Shown here piece after piece: positions 48,286-56,936 of a DNA stretch of 64,000 nucleotides. The stretch lies in assembly GCF_055900595.2 (NCBI RefSeq), contig NZ_CM148325.1; one strand, 5' to 3'. A model generated the notes under the pieces. It was not told where the DNA came from, made no database searches, and worked only from the letters and a program-made list of their open reading frames with translations. Made by a program: the position numbers and the translations under genes. Each line of letters opens with the position of its first letter. Within the stretch, counting starts at the first letter, position 1.

Positions 48286-49377
48286 ATGAAAGAGCTGTCA
48301 GTTACCGTTCCGTCACCGGATATCGACATCACCATCAACAACAACACACTGGCAAACCTCACAGAGCGACTCATGACGCTGACCCTGACGGATAACCGGG
48401 CCTTTGAGGCAGACCGCGTCACCCTCACCCTTGACGATACGGACGGGCAGTTACAGTTGCCACCACGTGGCGCACGCCTGAGAGTGATGATTGGCTGGCG
48501 AGGAGAATCACTGGTTAACAAGGGCACCTACGTCGTTGATGAGGTTGCGTGGGAAGGACCTCCAGATAAACTGATCATCACCGCCAGCAGCGCAGATTTT
48601 CGGGAAGAGTTCAACGTGAGGCGGGAGGTATCCTGGCACGACGTGACCGTAAAACAGGTTGTGTCAGCCATCGCTCACCGCTACGGCCTGAAGACACAGA
48701 TAAGCGAAATCCTCATGGATATCGAAATTGACCACGCTGACCAGACCGAAGAGAGCGATATATCCTTCCTGACCCGCATGGCTGAAATGCTGGGTGCGAT
48801 TGCCACCGTAAAAAACGGCAGCCTGTTATTCATTCTGCCGGGTGGCGGAACCGGGCCGGACGGAAGAGCCCTGCCTTCGTTCGCCATTACCCGCAGCAGC
48901 GGCGACAGTCACCGCTTTCGCATTGCTGACCGTGATGCGTATACGGGGGTCCGGGCGCACTGGCTCGATCTGAAGTTCGGGCAAAAGAAAAAAGTGAACG
49001 TGAAGCGACGCAGGGAAGCCGGGAAACAGAAACAGGAGAAGAGCAGCAGCCGGGAGGGTGATTACATGGAAGGCGCGGAAGGGAACGTCTACGTTCTGCG
49101 CAGGACTTACCAGAATGAAGAAACCGCACGACGTGCAGCTGCGGCAAAGTGGCAGGAGTTACAGCGGGGAGCAGCGGCATTCTCCATCACTCTGGCACGG
49201 GGTCGTGCCGACCTGTATCCCGAAATGCACGGCAGGGTAACAGGTTTTAAAAGCGAGGTGGACAATCAGGACTGGATTATTGCCAGGGTGGAGCACATCA
49301 TAGATGAAAGCGGCTTCACCACACAACTGGAGCTGGAAGCGAAAATCCCCGAATGGATAGCAGATTCAGGCGGATAA
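48286..49377 (+). CDS. D: tail protein D (late control D family)
   Basis: about 363 aa from MKELSVTVPSP (ORF opens at 48250). Confidence 0.8.
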   Translation: MKELSVTVPSPDIDITINNNTLANLTERLMTLTLTDNRAFEADRVTLTLDDTDGQLQLPPRGARLRVMIGWRGESLVNKGTYVVDEVAWEGPPDKLIITASSADFREEFNVRREVSWHDVTVKQVVSAIAHRYGLKTQISEILMDIEIDHADQTEESDISFLTRMAEMLGAIATVKNGSLLFILPGGGTGPDGRALPSFAITRSSGDSHRFRIADRDAYTGVRAHWLDLKFGQKKKVNVKRRREAGKQKQEKSSSREGDYMEGAEGNVYVLRRTYQNEETARRAAAAKWQELQRGAAAFSITLARGRADLYPEMHGRVTGFKSEVDNQDWIIARVEHIIDESGFTTQLELEAKIPEWIADSGG

Positions 49378-49420
49378 AATTAAAATGAGCCATCTCCACT
49401 CAGCCAGATAAGGAGAAGCC

Positions 49421-49672
49421 ATGTTCCGTTGTCCCCTATGCGGTGCATCCGCACGTATCCGCACCAGTCGCAATGAAAATGATTCAGGCACAGTTCGCCT
49501 GAAGTACTACCAGTGCAATAACCTCGAATGCGGGATCGGCTTTACCACACTGGAGGGTTTTAACAAATTCACATCAAAACGCGCCCCGTCGCCGCAGGGT
49601 ACAGAGCGGATACCGTGGGAAGATTTTCCGGGATCTCACAGGGGGAATACTCAGATTAATCTTGATATTTAA
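49421..49672 (+). CDS. ogr: Ogr/Delta-family zinc-finger late transcription activator
   Basis: 83 aa; CPLC...C..NLEC zinc-binding arrangement like P2 Ogr. Confidence 0.85.
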   Translation: MFRCPLCGASARIRTSRNENDSGTVRLKYYQCNNLECGIGFTTLEGFNKFTSKRAPSPQGTERIPWEDFPGSHRGNTQINLDI

Positions 49673-49784
49673 GAACAATAATCAGGTTGAGAGGACATCA
49701 TAAGGCAAGTAGATTAACGGCAGATACTTTCCCGCAACCACGGGCAAGTATTTAATTATCCATGATGAAATATGACCTAAATTG

Positions 49785-49817
49785 TTTTTTGCCCGCCGGA
49801 AAGCGGGCATTTTTTTA
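49785..49817 (+). terminator. terminator hairpin copy 1 (GCCCGCCGGAAAGCGGGC plus T-run)
   Basis: first of nine near-identical hairpins in 49.8-53.0 kb. Confidence 0.7.
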
Positions 49818-50030
49818 TTCTTTTGTGGTTATGGGGTCATCAGGAACCACGTGCAGATTATATTTTTGTTTTTTTGGCGTTCCTCCGGCAGCAACGAGTT
49901 CATCAATAAGACACTGACACGCCTGAACATCCCGGGCATGTCTTAGTTTCACCTTTATTGATTTAACCTTATCCTCACCGGAGGAGAAATGCAGTTCAAT
50001 CTCAATATCGTTTCTTCGGAACAATCTCAT
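49815..50030 (-). CDS. 71-aa hypothetical protein, intact copy of a repeated gene
   Basis: MRLFRRNDIEIELHFSSGEDKVKSIKVKLRHARDVQACQCLIDELVAAGGTPKKQKYNLHVVPDDPITTKE; decayed paralogues at 51101..51199 and 51784..51855. Confidence 0.55.
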   Translation of the reverse strand: MRLFRRNDIEIELHFSSGEDKVKSIKVKLRHARDVQACQCLIDELVAAGGTPKKQKYNLHVVPDDPITTKE

Positions 50031-50123
50031 ACGCCCCCTGAATATATCAGAAATACTAGTATCGAAAAATGAGAAAACAGTTAGACAGGAGAAACATATT
50101 AACACAAATCATTTATACCTATA

Positions 50124-50141
50124 GATGAAATTATAATTTCA
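50124..50141. promoter_or_regulatory. perfect 18-bp palindrome ATGAAATTATAATTTCAT with embedded TATAAT
   Basis: about 95 bp upstream of the 71-aa gene; related imperfect palindromes upstream of the decayed copies. Confidence 0.55.
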
Positions 50142-50250
50142 TTCATGAATATGATAGATAACTATATTGTGAACAAAATGAAAAATGGCTAAATTAAAAA
50201 TGGGCATGGAGGAATGCCCGGTTATCAATATAATGTGACGTAGATCATTG

Positions 50251-50281
50251 TTTTGCCCGCCGGAGAGCGGGCATTTTTTTT
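50251..50281 (+). terminator. terminator hairpin copy 2
   Basis: GCCCGCCGGAGAGCGGGC plus T7. Confidence 0.7.
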
Positions 50282-50450
50282 GCGCCTGCCATCGAGGCGC
50301 CTTCCCTGGCGCACACAAAGCAGCCCTGATTTTCCATGAAAACTTCAGGGTTGAGCTGCGGGCACAAAGTGAGTAGATTAGCTACGGGTACCTCCCCCTG
50401 ACAACAGGAAGGGTGTCCATTATCCATGATATACAAACGAAAAGTCTTGT
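50282..50450 (+). ncRNA. repeated ~170-nt structured module S1 (candidate small RNA)
   Basis: bounded by terminator hairpins; internal hairpins (GCGCC..GGCGC, CCCTGA..TCAGGG, CCTTCC..GGAAGG); four paralogous copies. Confidence 0.35.
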
Positions 50451-50481
50451 TTTTTGCCCGCCGAAGCGCGGGCATTTTTTT
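50451..50481 (+). terminator. terminator hairpin copy 3
   Basis: GCCCGCCGAAGCGCGGGC plus T-run. Confidence 0.7.
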
Positions 50482-50607
50482 ATGCATCAGACAAGATACA
50501 GCCCACCCCAACTGACACCTGAAATATTGCCGCAACAAAAAGAAACAGTTAAATTACGCGCGGGTGCCTTTCGGCTGATGGCCGGAGGGAAAACCTGAAG
50601 GCCGGAT

Positions 50608-50841
50608 GTGGAAAGGCCCCGGAAAACATTTCTGTTTAACCGAGGCCCTAACCGCATTACCTTGACAAGTGAAAGGTTAGCGCCTCTCCGGAAAAGGAGC
50701 AAGTGCTATGTCGCAAAAATCGCTTACGGCCATCACGTTCTGCGTGACGGCAATCCTCATCATCTGGATATTGCACGGTTCGCTGTGCGAAATACGGATG
50801 AGCTTCTGGGGAGCGGAGTTTGCGGCGTTCTTACAATGTAA
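50608..50841 (+). CDS. mok-like overlapping reading frame of hok locus
   Basis: 77-aa ORF starting upstream of and overlapping the hok-like frame, as in hok/mok/sok loci. Confidence 0.5.
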   Translation: MERPRKTFLFNRGPNRITLTSERLAPLRKRSKCYVAKIAYGHHVLRDGNPHHLDIARFAVRNTDELLGSGVCGVLTM

Positions 50842-50848
50842 GAAGTAA
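50708..50848 (+). CDS. hok: Hok/Gef-family type I toxin (intact)
   Basis: 46 aa MSQKSLTAITFCVTAILIIWILHGSLCEIRMSFWGAEFAAFLQCKK; single TM plus conserved SLCEIR motif; 5' GGGTGCCT (50552) complementary to 3' AGGCACCC (50906). Confidence 0.8.
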   Translation: MSQKSLTAITFCVTAILIIWILHGSLCEIRMSFWGAEFAAFLQCKK

Positions 50849-50934
50849 GGAAACCGCGACGGGGGAGCAATCCCCCGTCAATCGGTTGCCAGGGTAAGGT
50901 CGATAAGGCACCCTATCTCACAGACATGAACAAC

Positions 50935-50970
50935 AAACCCGCAGCATAAAAACTGCGGGTTTTCTTTTTG
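50935..50970 (+). terminator. rho-independent terminator of hok transcript
   Basis: AACCCGCAG-CATAAAAA-CTGCGGGTT followed by TTCTTTTT. Confidence 0.7.
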
Positions 50971-51100
50971 GTGTCCTCACCGACTTGAAACAGTGATCAG
51001 ACTATAAGACAAAGCCCGCAATGTTGCGGGCTTACTCTACCTCTCGAAAATGTGGTCACTGCGTGGACATACGCTGATACAAATCCTTTATATCAATAAA

Positions 51101-51199
51101 TTAAATCTTTGTTTTTTTCATCAACAATGATTTAACCTTATCCTCACCGGAGGAGAAATGCAGTTCAATCTCAATATCGTTTCTGTGGAACAGCCTCAT
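51101..51199 (-). pseudogene. truncated paralogue of the 71-aa gene
   Basis: MRLFHRNDIEIELHFSSGEDKVKS then divergent and stop after 32 codons; retains AGGAGG RBS. Confidence 0.55.
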
Positions 51200-51414
51200 A
51201 AGACAACCTCCTGAATTCATCAGAAACACAGTCAACTGAAAACCAGAAAGCAGACAAACAGTGGACACACATTAATACAAATCATTTATACCTATAGATG
51301 AAATTGCAGTTTCATCTATAACATGACAGGTAACAATATTGTGAAAAAACTCAAAACTCGTTAGATTAAAGACGGACAGAGCAATGCTACTTTATCAATA
51401 ACATGTAACCTGTA

Positions 51415-51445
51415 CTTCCTTATTTTGCCCGCCGAAGCACGGGCA
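51415..51445 (+). terminator. terminator hairpin copy 4
   Basis: GCCCGCCGAAGCACGGGC plus T-run. Confidence 0.7.
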
Positions 51446-51621
51446 TTTTTTTTGCGCCTGCCATCGAGGCGCCTTCCCTGGCGCACACAAAGCAGCCCTG
51501 ATTTTCCATGAAAACTTCAGGGTTGAGCCAAAAGCACAAAGACAGTAGATTAACCACGGGTGCCTTCCACCTGACAACAGGAAGGGTGTCCAGTATCAAT
51601 GACAGACAACTCACATTGCTG
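51446..51621 (+). ncRNA. structured module S2
   Basis: paralogue of S1. Confidence 0.35.
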
Positions 51622-51651
51622 TTTTGCCCGCCGGAAAGCGGGCATTTTTTT
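51622..51651 (+). terminator. terminator hairpin copy 5
   Basis: GCCCGCCGGAAAGCGGGC plus T-run. Confidence 0.7.
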
Positions 51652-51783
51652 ATTCTTTTGTGGTTATTGGGTCATCAGGAACAACATGCAGATTATGCTT
51701 TGATTTTTTTGGTGTTATTACAGCAGCAACGAGTTTATTAATAAGACACTGACATGCCTGAACATCCCTGACATATCATAATT

Positions 51784-51855
51784 TCACTTTATTTTTTTAG
51801 CTTGTCCTTTCTGGAGCAGAAATATCTCAACATCGTTTCTGTGGAACAACCTCAT
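51784..51855 (-). pseudogene. decayed paralogue of the 71-aa gene
   Basis: MRLFHRNDVEIF then frameshift; 3' region still alignable to the intact copy. Confidence 0.5.
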
Positions 51856-52071
51856 TTGCCCCTGAATGTATCATAAATATCAGCATCGGAAAACCAACAG
51901 CAATACAGAAGAAACATGTTAATGCAAATCACTTATACCTATAGATGAAATTACAGTTTTGTTCATAAATATGATAAGTAACTATATTGTGAATAAAATG
52001 AAAACTAGCTAAATTAAACGTGGGCATGGTGGAATGCCTCGTAATCAATAATACATGATCCGTACTTCCTT

Positions 52072-52102
52072 GTTTTGCCCGCCGGAAAGCGGGCATTTTT
52101 TT
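52072..52102 (+). terminator. terminator hairpin copy 6
   Basis: same hairpin. Confidence 0.7.
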
Positions 52103-52270
52103 GGCGGTTACCATCGCCTCACCTTCCTGGTTCACATGAAGCAACCCTGATTTTCCATGAAAACTTCAGGGTTGAGACAAAAGCACAAAGACAGTAGATT
52201 AACCACGGGTACCTTCCACCTGACAACAGGAAGGCTGTCCAGTATCAATGACAGACAACTCACATTGCTG
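52103..52270 (+). ncRNA. structured module S3
   Basis: paralogue of S1/S2. Confidence 0.35.
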
Positions 52271-52299
52271 TTTTGCCCGCCGGAAAGCGGGCTTTTTTT
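52271..52299 (+). terminator. terminator hairpin copy 7
   Basis: same hairpin, T-run after GGGC. Confidence 0.7.
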
Positions 52300-52471
52300 G
52301 GCAGTTATCATAGCCGCACCTTCCTGGCACATATGAAGCAACCCTGATTTTCCATGAAAACTTCAGGGTTGAGACAAAAGCACAAAAACAGTAGATTAAC
52401 CACGGGTGCCTGCCACCTGACAACAGGAAGGGGTGTCCATTATCCATGATATACAAACGAAAAGTCTTGTC
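52300..52471 (+). ncRNA. structured module S4
   Basis: paralogue, 3' end like S1. Confidence 0.35.
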
Positions 52472-52501
52472 TTTTGCCCGCCAAAGCGCGGGCATTTTTT
52501 T
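52472..52501 (+). terminator. terminator hairpin copy 8
   Basis: GCCCGCCAAAGCGCGGGC plus T-run. Confidence 0.7.
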
Positions 52502-52712
52502 ATGCATCAGACAAGATACAGCCCACCCCAACTAACACCTGAAATATTGCCGCAACAAAAAGAAACGGGTGCCTTTCGGCTGATGGCCGGAGGGAAAACC
52601 TGAAGACCGGATGTGGAAAGGCCCCGGAAAACATCTGTGTTTAACCGAGGCCTGACCCTTCCTACCGTGACAAGTGGAAGGTTAGCGCCTCTTTGTAAAA
52701 GGAGCAAGCGCT

Positions 52713-52853
52713 ATACCGCAAAAAACGATTATTGTTGGCATTTTATGCCTGACAATAACCCTGGTCATCTGGATGGTCCACGATTCGTTATGTGAATTCA
52801 GCTTTGATATCTGAGGAGCGCGTTTTGCGGCGTTCTTGCAGTGTAAACCGTAA
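52713..52853 (+). pseudogene. hok-like toxin pseudogene (second copy)
   Basis: paralogous to 50708..50848 but start codon is ATA and an in-frame TGA replaces the Trp codon; mok-like frame 52613..52795 retained. Confidence 0.7.
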
Positions 52854-52948
52854 GAAACCGCAGCGGGGGAGAAATTCCCCGCTATCCGGTTGTTGGGGTG
52901 GGCCGATATGGCGCCCTTTCCCTGTAGAGACAAAACAAAAAACCAGAT

Positions 52949-52975
52949 TTGCCCGCCATTGAGAGGGCTTTTTTG
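52949..52975 (+). terminator. degenerate terminator hairpin copy 9
   Basis: GCCCGCCATTGAGAGGGC plus T6. Confidence 0.45.
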
Positions 52976-53003
52976 TCACCCTCACCAGTGAGGGCATCAT
53001 CAT

Positions 53004-53231
53004 TCAGAGGCGCGTAAGCCACCCGGCGTTAACATCCTGCCTGTCAACCCTGGCCGCAGAGTCTGAACGGCAGGTACCGGAAGGAGTACCAAAAACATCC
53101 CTGACAAGTTCCGCCACCTTCCCGATATCATCAGGTGTCACATTCCTCACCTCGGCCGTGATCCGTGGCGTACCATCATCGTTAACAAGAGTGGCTTTAA
53201 AGCTGGTGCGAAGGGAAAACAACATCAACAT
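53004..53231 (-). CDS. hypothetical small protein at prophage end (75 aa)
   Basis: RBS AGGGAGGGG upstream of ATG; last ORF inside the att boundary. Confidence 0.4.
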   Translation of the reverse strand: MLMLFSLRTSFKATLVNDDGTPRITAEVRNVTPDDIGKVAELVRDVFGTPSGTCRSDSAARVDRQDVNAGWLTRL

Positions 53232-53385
53232 CCCCTCCCTTTGGTTCGTTGCACTGACGGCACGACACCATCAGGAAAAAGAAAAGCCCACAACGTCAGT
53301 ATTGTGGACTTTTTTCTTCAAAGATGGACATTATCTGGACACATGAAAATAAAATCCATTTATTTTCATATAGTTAAGTACCATG

Positions 53386-53400
53386 CAAAAGCGCCCGCAG
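53386..53400. repeat. att core copy, serS-proximal (forms the serS terminator hairpin)
   Basis: AAAAGCGCCCGCAGG identical to 16092..16106; continues as GCGCTTTTT. Confidence 0.8.
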
Positions 53401-53429
53401 GCGCTTTTTAGATTCAGAAAAATTGGGTA

Positions 53430-54743
<1,314 letters not shown>

Positions 54744-54812
54744 TTAAATGGGAGATGTGGCCACAGCCTGCGACCACAGGGATACAGTAACAACATTACC
54801 GCAACGATAACA

Positions 54813-56156
54813 TTAACGGTAGCGTTTTATGGGGCTATTTTGATCCTGTTCAGCCAGCCAGGCGAGCTTTTCGCCAATCTTGCCTTCAAGGCCCCTGTTT
54901 GTCGGGAAATAATAGCGTGTTTGTGCTATTTCCGGCGGGAAGTAAACCTCACCGGCAGCATAAGCGTTTGCTTCATCATGAGCATAACGATATTCCTGAC
55001 CGTAGCCCATTTCCTTCATTAATTTCGTCGGCGCATTACGCAAATGAACCGGCACGTCATAATCCGGACGTTCGCGAGCATCGGCCAGCGCGGCTTTAAA
55101 TGCGGTATAGACAGCGTTACTTTTTGGCGCGCAGGCCAGGTAAACAATCGCCTGAGCAATGGCACGTTCACCTTCAGCCGGACCAACGCGAGTAAAGCAA
55201 TCCCAGGCCGCAATTGCCACCTGCATCGCCCGTGGGTCAGCATTACCCACATCTTCAGACGCAATCGCCAGGCAGCGACGCGCGACATATAACGGATCTC
55301 CACCGGCGGTAATAATTCGCGCATACCAGTACAGCGCCGCATCGGGTGCGCTCCCACGCACCGATTTATGCAGTGCAGAGATCAGATCGTAAAAGCGATC
55401 GCCTTTGTTATCAAAGCGGGCGCTACGCTCACCGGCGATTTCGGTCAGTAATTCAGGCTTCAGGACTCGCTTACCGCTATCATCGACTTCAGCCATATCC
55501 GCCATCATTTCCAGCGTATTTAACGCGCGGCGCGCGTCGCCATTCACCAATTCAGCGATGGCGCGTCTTGTTTCACCCGGCAGAACGATATCCTGACCAC
55601 CATAACCGCGGGTTTTGTCTTCCATCGCCTGAGTCAGTACCTGTTCGATATCCTCTGTACTCAGGGATTTCAACAGGTAGACACGGGCACGGGAAAGCAG
55701 TGCCGAATTAAGCTCAAATGACGGGTTTTCAGTGGTTGCACCAATAAAAGTGATGGTGCCGTCTTCGATATGTGGCAGAAATGCATCCTGCTGACTTTTG
55801 TTGAAACGGTGAACTTCGTCAACAAAAAGAATAGTGCGGCGACCAGCATTGCGGTTTTGCCGAGCGCGCTCGATCGCCTCGCGAATCTCTTTCACGCCAG
55901 AGGTGACGGCAGAAATACGTTCCACATCAGCGTTCGCATAACGGGCTATAACTTCAGCGAGGGTTGTTTTGCCGGTACCCGGTGGCCCCCAGAGGATCAT
56001 AGAATGCAAATGCCCAGCTTCGATAGCGCGCGGCAATGGCTTCCCGGCAGCCAGCAAATGTTGCTGGCCGATATACTGTGCTAAATTTTCTGGCCGCATA
56101 CGCGCGGCCAGAGGTTGAAAAGTATTATCCGAAAAATCGAGCGACAGATTGCTCAC
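54813..56156 (-). CDS. rarA: replication-associated recombination protein A (AAA+ ATPase)
   Basis: 447 aa; Walker [10 protein letters not shown]. Confidence 0.93.
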   Translation of the reverse strand: MSNLSLDFSDNTFQPLAARMRPENLAQYIGQQHLLAAGKPLPRAIEAGHLHSMILWGPPGTGKTTLAEVIARYANADVERISAVTSGVKEIREAIERARQNRNAGRRTILFVDEVHRFNKSQQDAFLPHIEDGTITFIGATTENPSFELNSALLSRARVYLLKSLSTEDIEQVLTQAMEDKTRGYGGQDIVLPGETRRAIAELVNGDARRALNTLEMMADMAEVDDSGKRVLKPELLTEIAGERSARFDNKGDRFYDLISALHKSVRGSAPDAALYWYARIITAGGDPLYVARRCLAIASEDVGNADPRAMQVAIAAWDCFTRVGPAEGERAIAQAIVYLACAPKSNAVYTAFKAALADARERPDYDVPVHLRNAPTKLMKEMGYGQEYRYAHDEANAYAAGEVYFPPEIAQTRYYFPTNRGLEGKIGEKLAWLAEQDQNSPIKRYR

Positions 56157-56166
56157 TCAGGTGCCT

Positions 56167-56781
56167 CTACTTACGTTGATCATCTACCGTGACGCCTTGC
56201 GGCGGGGTGAAGGTAAATTTCGCTGCATCCACAGCCCCATTTTGCTGGGATTTCAGCTGATAACTGCTGCGCTGATCGTCCTGCTCCACCGCGCTAAACT
56301 GATGGATTGTGCCATCACGCCCTACGTTAATGGTGAACTGCTTCAAATTGCCATTGCTGGCTTTCGGCGTCAGGACAAAGTCATCGCCATTCTGTTTGAT
56401 ATTGTACTGCTGCCAGTCGCTGGACTGGTTGCGGGCAATCAGCATAAACGGCGTATTACCGGTGGCATCTTTCAGCCAGGTTGCCGTAGCTTGCTCAACG
56501 AACGGGTTATAGAACCACAGTGTTTTACCGTCAGAAACCAGAATGCTTTCGTCAGGTTGAGTCATATGCCAGTTGAATAAGTTTGGACGTTTCACCCACA
56601 GATCGCCCTGACCTTCCTGCACCGCAGCGCCGCTACCGTCAGTCACTTTTTGTGTGAAACTGGCGTGGAAGCTGCTGACTTTATCCAGACGGCTTTTCAG
56701 ATCGCTTGCGGCATCAGCCCAAACACTGGACGCCACTAAACTTGAGAGTAATGCACAGGTGATGGCAATTTTTTTCATCAT
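56167..56781 (-). CDS. lolA: outer-membrane lipoprotein carrier protein LolA
   Basis: 204 aa with signal peptide. Confidence 0.93.
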
Positions 56782-56890
56782 TGTTCCTCAAATTACGTCA
56801 CTCCCGATCGGGAGTTCCCTCTACTCTCTATTCCAGGCTAATAATCAGCTTGAGGAAAGAAGAAAATACTGAATTTTCAGTTGATAGAGT

Positions 56891-56926
56891 GCCGGATGCA
56901 ACGCTACCTCGCCTTATCCGGCCTAC
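56891..56926. repeat. REP (repetitive extragenic palindrome) element
   Basis: GCCGGATGCAACGCTACCTCGCCTTATCCGGCCTAC in the ftsK-lolA intergenic region. Confidence 0.75.
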
Positions 56927-56936
56927 GATGCATTAA

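Larger units (their letters stand above)
16092..53400. mobile_element. P2-like prophage (integrated, apparently complete)
   Basis: 15-bp direct repeat AAAAGCGCCCGCAGG at 16092..16106 and 53386..53400; complete P2-type gene set between the repeats; flanking host genes dmsA and serS. Confidence 0.9.

Noticed and set aside
50282-52471. Retron msr/msd hypothesis for the structured modules
   Set aside because: No reverse transcriptase gene anywhere in the window.
51395-52531. Small minus-strand ORFs inside the repeated modules
   Set aside because: They read through the terminator hairpins (the KKMPALRRAK peptide is the hairpin itself) and are not conserved between copies.
49785-52975. CRISPR array hypothesis for the nine repeated hairpins
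   Set aside because: Repeats are about 200 bp apart, the intervening sequences are themselves paralogous rather than unique, each hairpin has a T-run like a terminator, and no cas genes are present.
16092-53400. tRNA gene at the integration site
   Set aside because: No cloverleaf-like sequence at either junction; the shared core coincides with the serS terminator hairpin.
56806-56822. 16-bp palindrome ACTCCCGATCGGGAGT upstream of lolA
   Set aside because: Could be a regulatory site or transcript-end hairpin, but no T-run and no way to tell from sequence alone.
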